Assembly: GCA_032128875.1 (NCBI GenBank)
Contig: JAVLKG010000012.1
Location: forward strand, 137,147-201,146
Length of the DNA: 64,000 nt
Direction: 5' to 3'
From: Candidatus Melainabacteria bacterium 17Bon1m
GTDB taxonomy: Bacteria; Cyanobacteriota; Vampirovibrionia; Obscuribacterales; Obscuribacteraceae
Part shown: positions 30,477-40,635 of the stretch, one piece after another
Position numbering within the stretch: position 1 is the first letter of the stretch
Layout: every line of letters begins with the position of its first letter
Made by a program: the position numbers and the translations under genes
The notes under the pieces: generated by a model
Seen by the model: the letters and a program-made list of their open reading frames with translations, nothing else
Database searches by the model: none
What the model was told of the DNA's origin: nothing

Positions 30477-32603
30477 ATGGATAATGCCGCACAAGTAAAT
30501 GAGTCGCTTCGAAAAGCATGCATCATCTGCCAGAAGGAATACAGTGGCGAGCTTAGTACCTGTCCCATCGACAATATCGCTCTGACAGTCCTTGAAGTGC
30601 CGAGAGACCCATTAGTCGGAACTCTCTTCTGCGACCGTTTTCAAATTACAGAAGTACTCGGCGGCGGCGGTATGGGCATGGTTTATCGTGCGACGCATCT
30701 GCTGATGCAACGTTCGGTGGCGATCAAGATATTGCATACGAAGATGATCGGTAACGCCGATGCCTTGAAGCGCTTCAAGGTAGAGGCGCACGCAGCCAGT
30801 AATTTTTCTCACCCGAATATTTTGAATGTTCACGACTTCGGTGTGTCCAATCAAGGGCAGCCCTACATGGTCATGGACTACCTCGACGGAATAAATTTGA
30901 CTGCGCTCTTGGATGCTGAAAAACACATTCCTGTTACGCGGGCTATCAACATGTTTTTGCAGATGAGTTCTGCGCTTGCGCATGCGCATTCCAAGGAGAT
31001 TATTCACCGAGATGTGAAACCGTCGAACATCATGTTGGTGGAATTCGAAGGGCGCAGAGAGTTTGTAAAACTCGTTGATTTTGGCATCGCCAAAGTTTTG
31101 AATCCATCTACTCCTGAAGCGGAAAACTTGACTCGCACTGGTGAAGTTTTCGGAAGTCCTCTCTATATGAGCCCTGAGCAGTGTCAGGGTAAGAAATTGG
31201 ATTCACGTGCCGACATTTATTCTCTTGGCGCAGTGATGTATAGAGTCGTAAGCGGTAAGCCGATTTTCGAGAGTACGGATGCGCTCGAAACCATGTTTCG
31301 CCAGGTGAGTGAAATGCCAGCGAGCTTCGCGAAAGTTTGCCCAGAACTGCAAATTCCAGAAAAGCTTGAGTCCGTCATCTTCAAATGTTTAGCCAAAGAT
31401 CGAGAACAGAGATACCAGTCGATGCTTGAGCTAAAGGATGACCTGGAGCTGACGCTTGCGGAAATTAAAGCTCAGTCGAAAACGACCTTGCCGATGAACA
31501 CCTTACCTTTTGAGTCCGAAAGGATAGCCGCAAAAGATTTGAACTCAGACGGGTGGCTGACTGATCTTTCTGAGAACACCGGGGCTTTGCCAATTGCCAA
31601 AACAGTGATAACCAATCAGCTCACCAACCCGCATGAGGGTGCTCTCGCCGCCTCGAATCCAACGAGCCCGGGTGTTCAAAACACTGTGCCGGTCAGTCCT
31701 TTTGCCGATGTTGTTTCCAGTGCTGCTGCCGGTTCGCCCAACACTTCGGCCGCTCAACCTGTTCAACCAAGCGTTGCGAACGTCAGCACAGGGTCCAACA
31801 ACTATTCATTCAGCTTGAACTCGAATACGGGACCTTCTGTCGCGGGGGCTACGAATCCGTCGCAGTCCAGTCCAGCTCCTGGTAAGGCAACTGCCATCGA
31901 TAAGCGCGACGAAACAATTTCAATTGTCGTAAATAAAAAATCTGTTGCGATAGGAAGTGCAGCTTTGGCAGTATTGCTGGCTCTCGCAGGATTTTTCTAT
32001 TTCCGCCCAAGCGGTACGTCATCAAATTTGTCGCCTAAGAATGTACCTGATAGCCAGTTTTCATCAATTACACCGACGCCTACAATTGACGGTGCACATC
32101 TTCCTGCGCCGATACCTGCTCCAGCACAGACTGTGGCAAAGAAGTCCACACCTTCCTCCAAGAAGAGCGCATCTTATAAGAAATCTACAGCTAAGAACAA
32201 ACCCCAACACCAGAAGTGGAAAAACTATTATCCTGCTGCGTCAGGAAGAGGATCTTCATACTCAGGTTCTGATTACTCTTCACCTGGCAACAATCCTTAT
32301 TCTTCGAGCAGCTCGTACTCTTCGTCTAGATCATCCTCATCCTACAACTATCAATCTCCTGTTTCACAACCAGTAATTCAATCCGCACCGGTTATGGCGC
32401 CTGTCGCTTCGCCGATTCAACAATCGGCTGTGTCTTCTTCGAGCTACAGCAGTAGTTCTGAAAGCTACGTCAACAGGCAGGCAAATCGCTATGGTGGACG
32501 TTATGCCGAGAAGGGTGTAGATAGAGTAACTGGAATTATTAATAGGAACCTCACCAGGGGAATCAACAAGGGAGCAGGTTTTCTCAGAAGGCTAACTCGC
32601 TAG
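30477..32603 (+). CDS. Membrane-anchored Ser/Thr kinase with N-terminal zinc-ribbon-like motif
   Basis: CIIC...CPID, GGGGMG, HRDVKPSN, DFG, GSPLYMSPEQC; TM segment AALAVLLALAGFFYF; low-complexity tail. Confidence 0.93.
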   Translation: MDNAAQVNESLRKACIICQKEYSGELSTCPIDNIALTVLEVPRDPLVGTLFCDRFQITEVLGGGGMGMVYRATHLLMQRSVAIKILHTKMIGNADALKRFKVEAHAASNFSHPNILNVHDFGVSNQGQPYMVMDYLDGINLTALLDAEKHIPVTRAINMFLQMSSALAHAHSKEIIHRDVKPSNIMLVEFEGRREFVKLVDFGIAKVLNPSTPEAENLTRTGEVFGSPLYMSPEQCQGKKLDSRADIYSLGAVMYRVVSGKPIFESTDALETMFRQVSEMPASFAKVCPELQIPEKLESVIFKCLAKDREQRYQSMLELKDDLELTLAEIKAQSKTTLPMNTLPFESERIAAKDLNSDGWLTDLSENTGALPIAKTVITNQLTNPHEGALAASNPTSPGVQNTVPVSPFADVVSSAAAGSPNTSAAQPVQPSVANVSTGSNNYSFSLNSNTGPSVAGATNPSQSSPAPGKATAIDKRDETISIVVNKKSVAIGSAALAVLLALAGFFYFRPSGTSSNLSPKNVPDSQFSSITPTPTIDGAHLPAPIPAPAQTVAKKSTPSSKKSASYKKSTAKNKPQHQKWKNYYPAASGRGSSYSGSDYSSPGNNPYSSSSSYSSSRSSSSYNYQSPVSQPVIQSAPVMAPVASPIQQSAVSSSSYSSSSESYVNRQANRYGGRYAEKGVDRVTGIINRNLTRGINKGAGFLRRLTR

Positions 32604-32779
32604 GAAAGTCCGCGGACAAGTTCAGCTTCTAATTAACCTGGGTGCAGGAACCAACGCAAAACCCTTCCCAACCAAGCCCTTTCGAATTGCTGACTCGATT
32701 TCCAACGGACCGCCAAGTGCGGGAACTGTGGCACGTTCCTTTCGTCCTCTCATCGGACGAAAGCCGGGAGGAAGGAAGA

Positions 32780-33310
32780 ATGAGAAGAAGTATTTTGGCC
32801 TTTGTGGCTCTGAGTTTTGCATTCACTATTCCGCTCCGCGCACAAGCAGACCAAACGATTATTCAAAGAGATATTACTCAAGGACCGGCTCAAGTTATGG
32901 GAAGCTGGATGGAACCTGCGTATGAGCGTGTGAAGGAAACAACGGACGCCAACGGTGACACCCATCGAGTCCGTGAGCCGATTATCATGGAACGTCACGA
33001 GAGAGTAGTTGTGCCTGTTAGTGAGCAGCGCACGACGACGACTGTTGTGAATTCTCCTCGAGTTGAAACGCAAACTACTTACCGTGCATCGCGCCCGGTA
33101 AAGAGAAAAGTTGCCTACAAGAAGAGAGCTGTTGCTTACAAAAAGCGCTATACGGCCCCGCGCGTCGCACACATACGTCGCAAACCATCGAATTTGATCG
33201 CTGTGAAGACAGTGCGCAGAATTGAGCAACCAACGGTAATTCAACGCACTGATCATTACGAACAAGAAAACTTGATCTACGATCGCCGTCACCCTGCACT
33301 GGACATGTAG
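32780..33310 (+). CDS. Hypothetical exported protein
   Basis: GGAGG RBS before ATG 32780; signal peptide MRRSILAFVALSFAFTIPLRA; basic KRKVAYKKRAVAYKKR segment. Confidence 0.7.
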   Translation: MRRSILAFVALSFAFTIPLRAQADQTIIQRDITQGPAQVMGSWMEPAYERVKETTDANGDTHRVREPIIMERHERVVVPVSEQRTTTTVVNSPRVETQTTYRASRPVKRKVAYKKRAVAYKKRYTAPRVAHIRRKPSNLIAVKTVRRIEQPTVIQRTDHYEQENLIYDRRHPALDM

Positions 33311-33336
33311 TTTTCGCCGGACGCATTGCGTTCGAT

Positions 33337-33361
33337 GTAGGTGCGATGCCATGTATTGCCC
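33337..33361 (+). repeat. REP-like palindrome, family B (copy 2)
   Basis: GTAG-GTGCGATGCCATGTATTGCCC, 26 nt after a stop codon. Confidence 0.6.
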
Positions 33362-33403
33362 AGTTTGAATCCGAATTGGATTCTAAAGTAAGGCGCGTAA
33401 AAT

Positions 33404-33442
33404 CCAGCAGGAGAACTGAGTGTGGTTCTCCTGTTGGCTTTT
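33404..33442 (+). terminator. Probable intrinsic terminator
   Basis: CCAGCAGGAGAAC / GTTCTCCTGTTGG stem followed by CTTTT. Confidence 0.65.
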
Positions 33443-33587
33443 GCGTCTATGCAAGCACGTCGAGTTTGCTACAAAAAACGTTGCCACGTGGAAAGAGTGT
33501 GTGCAAATTTTAGCTGCGAAAAATTTGAGTATGCAGTAGGATGAATTTTGTCGGTCTATAGGTTGTTAGCTTTGCGAGGCAAGGAAT

Positions 33588-36500
33588 ATGCCTGAAGATC
33601 CGCCATTTCCGCCTTCCCTTGAGGCTTTGCCGTTTTCCAGTTCGCACATTGCGGACATCTTCGGTCAACGCACTTTTGCGCGCGGACTGGAATACAAGAG
33701 TAAGGGTGTTGTAGTAAACGTCGATGTAGATTTCGAGCGACGCGTGATTAAGGGCGCGGTGCAAGGCACCCGGGATGTGCCTTATCAATCACGAGTCACC
33801 ACAAACGAAAATGGTTTTATAAATGCTGCACATTGTAGTTGTCCCGTCGGCTCTTACTGCAAACATTGTGTCGCGCTGATTTTGGAAGCAGGTTCAATCC
33901 ATGGTTTTACCGAAGTCGTCATTGGTCCGACGGAGCTTCCGCGCAGCGTGCAGCATTGGGTTGATGAAGTGAAGGGCAGCTTCACTGCACACACCGCCCA
34001 TGAGAAAGAAAAGGAAGAGAAGGCTAAAGCCCACGATAGCGGTAAGCCCAGAGAAAATGTGGTTGGTGGCTCTGTTATATACATCATTGATAAATCTAAA
34101 TTTGGCAATATTCCTTCGATTGTTCTTACTCCATACATTGTCGGAAAGAAGAATTCTGCCGGTCTACAGAAGGTCGTAGAGACGTCTTTTGAGGACTTGT
34201 CGCCGGAATTGGGTGCGACAAAAGAAGATGAGTCAATTGTTCAATTTGCGTTGGCTGCATTGGGCTCGTCCTACCTGGGAGATGTTCTGGGGGGCGATGC
34301 AGAGCTGATGAAGATGCTGCTCAACAAGGTTGTTGCGACGGGGCGTTCGTATTATCGAAGTGCTTCCAATCCACCGCTAACAAAAGGACCGCGCGTGGAA
34401 GGCCGAGTGAAGTGGATGTTTCGCCGCGACCGTTCGCAAATCCCCGCTGTTGTGGGCGAAAAGGACACCATCATTCCTCTGTTGAGCGCTTGTCCTGCAT
34501 ATGTCGATACTTACATGAATCATCTTGGATTCATGGATTTGCCGATTGATGTCGATACACTTACAAAGCTCTTGATAGCACCACCAGTGATGCCGGGTTT
34601 TGCGGATAAAGTGCACGATCAACTGAAGGATCTCAATCTTCCTACTCAGATTGAAATGCCTTGTTCGATGTTGAATGAAGAGATAATCAAAGGCGAGCCT
34701 AAGCCGCTGGTTTCCTTTAAATCCATTAGTCCGGTTGGCAACGACGCATTGATGTATTGGCGTCGGGGTTTCGAACCAAACAAAAACGTCAACGTTGTGG
34801 ATCTCTCCTTCGATTATGGCGGACACGTATTTGATTTAAGGGACAAAAATTCGGAGTGGCGCGAAGCCCGAGGCGACGATTTAGTTGTCTATCGTCGAGA
34901 CCTGGCAGCCGAACGCAAAGTCGTTCAGAAGATGAAAGACTACGGCTTCGAGTCTCTTCCAATGTACTCTGAAGGCAATCGGATGCGCTTTATCATGTCC
35001 GGCGATAACGATTATCGCTGGTTGCATTTTGTTGAAAATGTTTTGCCAAAGCTGTTAAAAACGGATTGGCAGATCGAAATAGATGATTCTTTTTCGTACC
35101 GCGTAATTCATCCTGAAGAGGCAATCGACTTTGATCTGACTGAGCAAACCGCTTGGTGGTTTGTACTGGACATGGGCGTTAGTGTCGATGGGCAGCGGGT
35201 TTCGTTGTTTCCCATTATTATCAGCGCGCTGAAACGTGCGGGGGTGAACAGCTTCAATCAGTTGGATATTCAGCAGTTGAATATCAATGGGAATTTCTAT
35301 GCTCCAATGCCTGATGGACGCATGATAGCTCTGCCATTCGAGCGCATTGAGAGCGTTTTAAACCTTATTCGAGAGATGTACAACGCCGACATTGGTGGGT
35401 GCGTGGTTGAAGCTCAAAACCTTCCTCAAGTCATTTCACACACCAAGATTTTGCCGACAGAGCGCATCAAGAAGCTGGCAAAACATCTAGAAAAGCTGGA
35501 CCGAATCGAAGCGATTGAGACGCCCGACGAATTTGGTTCTGAGCTTCGGCAGTATCAGAAAGATGGGCTCGGCTGGCTGAATTTCTTGTGTGATATGGAT
35601 GCCGGTGGAATTCTCGCTGATGATATGGGTCTTGGTAAGACAGTTCAAGGCCTGGCGTTGATTCTTTTGCGCAAACAGAAAAATCAACTCCAGCAGCCGG
35701 TGCTGGTGATATCACCGACAAGCGTCGTTCCTAATTGGATGAATGAAGCGCAGCGCTTGACCCCGTCTCTGCGGGTTTTAAAACTCACAGGCTCTGATCG
35801 TTTTGAACGCTTTAAAGAAATACCGAACAACGATATCGTGATCACGAGTTATGCGCTGCTGCTGCGCGACATCGATTCTCTGAGTCTGTCGGACTGGTCG
35901 ATTATTATTCTCGACGAATCTCAATACATCAAAAACCCGACGACATCACTGTCTAAAGCTGTTGCCCGCCTTCGCGCGAAGGCTCGATTCTGCTTCACGG
36001 GTACTCCTGTTGAGAACAATCTGCGCGAACTCTGGTCCCAGTTTAATTTCCTGATGCCAAATATGTTGGGCAATCGCAAGAGTTTTGCCAATTACTTTCA
36101 AAAGCCAATCGAGCGCAACAGCAGTGAAGATAGAAAACGCATTCTCCAGCGTCGAATTCGCCCATTCATGTTGCGACGAACCAAGACCGAAGTTGTTCAA
36201 GAGTTGCCGCCCAAGACGCTTATCTTGCAGCCTGTTGAGTTGGTCGGCGCTCAACGAGATCTGTATGAAAGTGTTCGCCTGGTCATGCATAAACGCGTTA
36301 GCGAAGAAATACGTGATAAAGGTTTGACCGGCATGCGCATCCTGATTATCGATGCTTTGCTAAAGCTGCGCCAAACTTGTTGTGATCCGCGTTTGGTCAA
36401 ACTAAAGATGGCGGACGGAATTACAGACAGCGCTAAGTTGGAAACACTCATGGACATGCTTCCGCAGTTGGTTGAAGAAGGAAGGCGCATTATCGTTTTT

Positions 36501-37076
36501 TCTCAATTCCGTAAAATGCTTGAGCTCATCGAAGCAGAGCTGCAGCAGCTACAGCTTGATTATGTAATGCTGACCGGTCTTACGAAAGATAGACAACATA
36601 TCATCAATAAATTTCAGCGCGGTGAAGTTCCAATCTTTCTCATCAGTTTGAAGGCCGGCGGAACAGGTCTGAATTTGACTGCAGCGGATACCGTTATTCA
36701 TTACGATCCCTGGTGGAATCCCGCAGTGGAAGATCAGGCGACTGACAGAGCGTATCGAATTGGGCAAGATAAGCCGGTTTTTGTGTATAAATTTATCGCT
36801 GCAGGCAGCGTTGAAGAACGTATTTTGATAATGCAGGAATACAAAAAAGGCTTGGCAGGCGGAATATTTACTGAGGGTCAGGCGGCATCGCTCGCCGTAA
36901 ATCAGGAAGAAATCGACTTCTTGCTTCAGCCCCTGGAAATGCCCGATCCCCGATTTAAGCGCCGTCTGAATCCATCTCTGCGCGGTTTAACAGAGTCATC
37001 TGAATTTGATCCTTCACGCAAGAAAAAATCGCGGAAGAATAGCGGTAAACCACCTCACTTACGCATAGTCGATTAG
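33588..37076 (+). CDS. SWIM zinc finger-SNF2 family helicase/ATPase
   Basis: CSCPVGSYCKHCVA (SWIM), ILADDMGLGKT, LDESQYIKN, TGTPVENN, SLKAGGTGLNL, WWNPAVEDQATDRAYRIGQ. Confidence 0.95.
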   Translation: MPEDPPFPPSLEALPFSSSHIADIFGQRTFARGLEYKSKGVVVNVDVDFERRVIKGAVQGTRDVPYQSRVTTNENGFINAAHCSCPVGSYCKHCVALILEAGSIHGFTEVVIGPTELPRSVQHWVDEVKGSFTAHTAHEKEKEEKAKAHDSGKPRENVVGGSVIYIIDKSKFGNIPSIVLTPYIVGKKNSAGLQKVVETSFEDLSPELGATKEDESIVQFALAALGSSYLGDVLGGDAELMKMLLNKVVATGRSYYRSASNPPLTKGPRVEGRVKWMFRRDRSQIPAVVGEKDTIIPLLSACPAYVDTYMNHLGFMDLPIDVDTLTKLLIAPPVMPGFADKVHDQLKDLNLPTQIEMPCSMLNEEIIKGEPKPLVSFKSISPVGNDALMYWRRGFEPNKNVNVVDLSFDYGGHVFDLRDKNSEWREARGDDLVVYRRDLAAERKVVQKMKDYGFESLPMYSEGNRMRFIMSGDNDYRWLHFVENVLPKLLKTDWQIEIDDSFSYRVIHPEEAIDFDLTEQTAWWFVLDMGVSVDGQRVSLFPIIISALKRAGVNSFNQLDIQQLNINGNFYAPMPDGRMIALPFERIESVLNLIREMYNADIGGCVVEAQNLPQVISHTKILPTERIKKLAKHLEKLDRIEAIETPDEFGSELRQYQKDGLGWLNFLCDMDAGGILADDMGLGKTVQGLALILLRKQKNQLQQPVLVISPTSVVPNWMNEAQRLTPSLRVLKLTGSDRFERFKEIPNNDIVITSYALLLRDIDSLSLSDWSIIILDESQYIKNPTTSLSKAVARLRAKARFCFTGTPVENNLRELWSQFNFLMPNMLGNRKSFANYFQKPIERNSSEDRKRILQRRIRPFMLRRTKTEVVQELPPKTLILQPVELVGAQRDLYESVRLVMHKRVSEEIRDKGLTGMRILIIDALLKLRQTCCDPRLVKLKMADGITDSAKLETLMDMLPQLVEEGRRIIVFSQFRKMLELIEAELQQLQLDYVMLTGLTKDRQHIINKFQRGEVPIFLISLKAGGTGLNLTAADTVIHYDPWWNPAVEDQATDRAYRIGQDKPVFVYKFIAAGSVEERILIMQEYKKGLAGGIFTEGQAASLAVNQEEIDFLLQPLEMPDPRFKRRLNPSLRGLTESSEFDPSRKKKSRKNSGKPPHLRIVD

Positions 37077-37079
37077 TGG

Positions 37080-38795
37080 TTATTGTTCGCCGGATTTTTT
37101 AGGCGGAGAGGGCGGAGTTGGCTCGTGATGCCTGTATGCATAACGTGCGCCGTAGTCGAGCATGACTGTTTTTCCGAGTGCATTGATTCCGACTTGGTCG
37201 ACTGCCCAACTGACTTGGTCACCCATCAAAGTCTTGTTGTAGTCATGGAATGAAACACCGTCTTTATGCATTTGATCACGAAGGGCAGCAGCTTGAGCCT
37301 CAGTTACAGGTGTTTTTAGCACCTCTTGGAGCCCGAGTGAAACATTGCGTTCTCTGCCATTGAATCCTGACACATCGTTGAGATGGAGTTGGCCAAACAT
37401 TAGTTTTGCATCGTGAGGTACAGTTCCCCAATCGCGGATGCCTTCGGGACCTAGTGAGCTGGCTGTTTTTAAGACGGCACCGTTGGTGGTGCGAAAAGCG
37501 CCACTTTCAGAGCCACTTCCAAGAAAACCACGCAGAGGCTCTTGAAAGTTTTTCAGAACTTGCAAGACATCCTTGCCCTGGTGGTAGCTCGAATTTGAGT
37601 GCACCAATTCAGAGAATGTTTTGGAACCGCGATCGATTGTCATCTCCCAAGGTGCGTTGGGATCGCCGCTCCTTCTGCTAATGAAACGCAGCTGCTCACC
37701 AGCCGGGCCGACAGGACCTTTACCTCTGAACATGTTTGCAGCAGCGGTTATCCAATCGGTTGGCACGCTTTCCCTGCGCACATTGATTGTTTCTGATTCG
37801 CCTTGCTTCAGGAATTTTTCTACAGGCTTTATCGAGACTTCGGCTCCGTTCTTGCCGCCCTTGAAAATTTGACTGACGTCTGCCGCATCGATGGAGACGA
37901 GCTTGTATTCTCTCTCTCGAATGGAAGCTGCGTTTTCCATGGCATGATTGTTCGCAAACCGGCGCTGATTTCCGGGTGCGGCAGCTAGTGAATTTGCTAG
38001 ACCGAAGGCGAGAGGATAAGCAGCCAGCCGCGTAGCGTTGAACTCTCCGGATTGAATTTCTGACTGCAACTCCTGGGATATGCCGCCTGCCCATCCATTT
38101 GCAAAACCCATTGTCGTCATTGAGCGGAAGGTATTGCCGGCAAAAAAGTTTGGGGCGCCTTTGACCAGACCCATGGTCAAACCTGCGGTCGCCAAATCTG
38201 TAGTCAATGCGATCGGATTGGCAGTGTTTTTCCCAACAGTGATCAGCCCTTTGCCGAACGAGTCGAAAGTAAGGTTGCCGTCTGCGTCTACATAATTGCC
38301 TCTGGTAAGCCCAGAATCAATCAGCCTGCCACCGATTCCATACTTAAGGGACATAACGGCAACGCTGTCGCCGACGCCGGTAGAACGTCCCAAAATGGCC
38401 CGCATCCCAATGCCTTTGGCGACCCCGAGTGTGCCGTCTAAGAATTCGTGTCCATTGCCCGGGCGAATCTCGTCAAGAGCAAAAGCCGTGCCTGTGACCG
38501 CAAAACCCAGCTTGCCGGGCGTGAAGATTCCCAGTGTTTTTGCTGCACTGGAGGTTATGTGGTAAGCGTCGGCTTCTGCCTGCCGCGCGGCCAAGCTCTG
38601 TTGCACTGCCTCACTAATATTGCCGCTACCACGCGAGGCTTCTAAAAGTTTTTCCCGCGCCGCTGCCTGATGATGGTAAGGCTCGGTGGCAAAGTCTATG
38701 GCTTTGCGAAGAATGCTCTTCTGCGACTCTTCTTTATCGAGGCGCGCCAGTTCGGCATCGACTGTGGCGCTGGCATTGGGATTGCCTTTTTCCAT
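37080..38795 (-). CDS. Hypothetical protein: Gly/Ala-rich hydrophobic helices plus C-terminal kinase-like domain
   Basis: FLGSGSESGAF...VLK, FHDY, MLDYG near the C-terminus. Start uncertain (ORF extends to 38906). Confidence 0.55.
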   Translation of the reverse strand: MEKGNPNASATVDAELARLDKEESQKSILRKAIDFATEPYHHQAAAREKLLEASRGSGNISEAVQQSLAARQAEADAYHITSSAAKTLGIFTPGKLGFAVTGTAFALDEIRPGNGHEFLDGTLGVAKGIGMRAILGRSTGVGDSVAVMSLKYGIGGRLIDSGLTRGNYVDADGNLTFDSFGKGLITVGKNTANPIALTTDLATAGLTMGLVKGAPNFFAGNTFRSMTTMGFANGWAGGISQELQSEIQSGEFNATRLAAYPLAFGLANSLAAAPGNQRRFANNHAMENAASIREREYKLVSIDAADVSQIFKGGKNGAEVSIKPVEKFLKQGESETINVRRESVPTDWITAAANMFRGKGPVGPAGEQLRFISRRSGDPNAPWEMTIDRGSKTFSELVHSNSSYHQGKDVLQVLKNFQEPLRGFLGSGSESGAFRTTNGAVLKTASSLGPEGIRDWGTVPHDAKLMFGQLHLNDVSGFNGRERNVSLGLQEVLKTPVTEAQAAALRDQMHKDGVSFHDYNKTLMGDQVSWAVDQVGINALGKTVMLDYGARYAYRHHEPTPPSPPKKSGEQ

Positions 38796-39081
38796 GGAGT
38801 CACCGCTATTTAGAAGCGCAAGCACCTGGACCGTGGTCGAGGTGCTGCCTGGAGGGCTAGCCGTCCTGTATCTGTATTGTGCCCAGCGCAGCCGGTCTTT
38901 GGACACTGACGTGCCACGGGGGCGAGAGCCTGCTGCTCAGAGTTAGTTCACCGCGGAGTCTATGTATGACCTGTCTGGGTCTATACAGGCGCGCGTATTT
39001 TTTGCCACTACGTAATTTCCCCACTGACGGCAGGGAGCCAGAGGTTTACTTTAAAGGTTCTCCTCCACGGGACAGCATAAT

Positions 39082-40530
39082 ATGACCCCTCCGGGACGCA
39101 TCTCCGAGAAATCGGTGACTACATCTGACCTGGTTTCCGATTTCAGTGCAGCCGCGTTTGACTCGGCAATTCAGAAGCCCATCAACGGTTTGAGCCAGTT
39201 GACTGGCAAGGTGGTCGGGCACGAGCTGCCGAAGTTGAGTTTGGTGGAAGTGCCGAAAGCAGAGACGGGCGCAGAGAATTTCGCCCAGCAAGCAGGAGCA
39301 GCCGTAGGCATGTTGGTTCCATTTCTGGGAACCCGAGCACTGGTACGGGGCGCCTTGGGCAGTCGGTTGGGAACGGGTTATGGTGGAGTCGCACTGGAAG
39401 GTGGTGTGACCGGCTTGGGCATGGGAACCGTCTTGACTCCAGTGGAGAACGGTCAGCCTTTCTGGCAAACTCGACTGGCTAACGGACTTACAGATGCGGG
39501 CACCTTCTCATTGCTAAATGTCACCGGCAAGGGGGTTGGCTCGCTCAAAGCATTTGGCATGACTGCGGAAACACCATTAGTCAGCCGCATTGGCAAAGGT
39601 GCTTTGGCTGGATCCATCAGCAGTTTGCCGGCAGGTTTTGCGCACGCAGAATTGCATTCAATAACTCATGGCAAAGGTCCGGCGAGTGCCTCCGAAGTCT
39701 TCGGCGACATGACTGGTTTTGCGCTTTTCGGTGGAGTGCTTGGTGGCGTCGGTGGTGCCAGGGCACGTTCGCGCTTCCTGCAAAATAGCGAAGCAGCCGA
39801 TGCGGCAAAACCACCTGTTCAAGCAGAAACTGTTCGTGGGTCTGAGCCAGCCAAAGCTGAACCTGTTAAAGGTGAGACAGCTAGAAATGCTGAAAGAGCT
39901 GGAGGAAATCAGGACGGACCGTCCGTAATCACAGAGGGTACTCGCGTTTACACAACCGAGGAGATGCTCAAGGTTGTAGAGGCTCGTGAAGCAGCGGCAA
40001 GACAAGCGCGTGAGGCTGCTGCGAAGGTCGAAACGGCTGACCCGAACAAAATTATCAAAGTGAAGAAAGAAGGTTATATCGACGCTGGAGATGAAGGCAA
40101 GGTCTATTCCAATGGCGACGGCTCAGTGACAAAGATCTATCATGATTCCGGCAGAAGCATGGAAGCAGTCAAAGCAATTTACGACAAACTGAATTCCATC
40201 GGCATTAAGACGCCCAAGATTCTGGAAATCGGTAAGTCTGAAGAAGGGCTGCCTGCCATGCGTATGGAGCAGATTGGCGATGGTGACCCCCTGCGATGGC
40301 AATTGATGATGCGCGAAATCACCGGTGCCGATCTCGCCTCATTGCGCCAACAATACTGGGCATACGCAGACGCGTTGAATAAAGCAAACCTGCGCATCGA
40401 CTGGAATCTCAAGAACATGCGCTTTGAAAATGGGCAGCTCTACATTCTTGATCCGTCATTCATGAAGAATGAACAAACCGGTCAAGGAACATTCGATATG
40501 TTTGCAACGATGATCGGTCCGCGTCCTTAA
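39082..40530 (+). CDS. Hypothetical protein: Gly-rich hydrophobic helices plus C-terminal atypical kinase-like domain
   Basis: IDAGDEGKVY...VTKIY, MRMEQI, IDWNLKNM, YILDP. Confidence 0.6.
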   Translation: MTPPGRISEKSVTTSDLVSDFSAAAFDSAIQKPINGLSQLTGKVVGHELPKLSLVEVPKAETGAENFAQQAGAAVGMLVPFLGTRALVRGALGSRLGTGYGGVALEGGVTGLGMGTVLTPVENGQPFWQTRLANGLTDAGTFSLLNVTGKGVGSLKAFGMTAETPLVSRIGKGALAGSISSLPAGFAHAELHSITHGKGPASASEVFGDMTGFALFGGVLGGVGGARARSRFLQNSEAADAAKPPVQAETVRGSEPAKAEPVKGETARNAERAGGNQDGPSVITEGTRVYTTEEMLKVVEAREAAARQAREAAAKVETADPNKIIKVKKEGYIDAGDEGKVYSNGDGSVTKIYHDSGRSMEAVKAIYDKLNSIGIKTPKILEIGKSEEGLPAMRMEQIGDGDPLRWQLMMREITGADLASLRQQYWAYADALNKANLRIDWNLKNMRFENGQLYILDPSFMKNEQTGQGTFDMFATMIGPRP

Positions 40531-40564
40531 GCCAAGTTCGGAAGATTGATCTCCGACTTTGATC

Positions 40565-40589
40565 GGGCGATACATGGCATTGCCTCTGC
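40565..40589 (-). repeat. REP-like palindrome, family B (copy 3)
   Basis: Minus strand GCAG-AGGCAATGCCATGTATCGCCC, between convergent genes. Confidence 0.55.
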
Positions 40590-40635
40590 GCAAGATACGA
40601 GCTTAAAGCACGTACTAAAGCTACGACTGCAAACT

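Noticed and set aside
33588-37076. SNF2 helicase as part of a defence island
   Set aside because: It is a standard stand-alone SWIM-SNF2 architecture with no methylase or nuclease neighbours.
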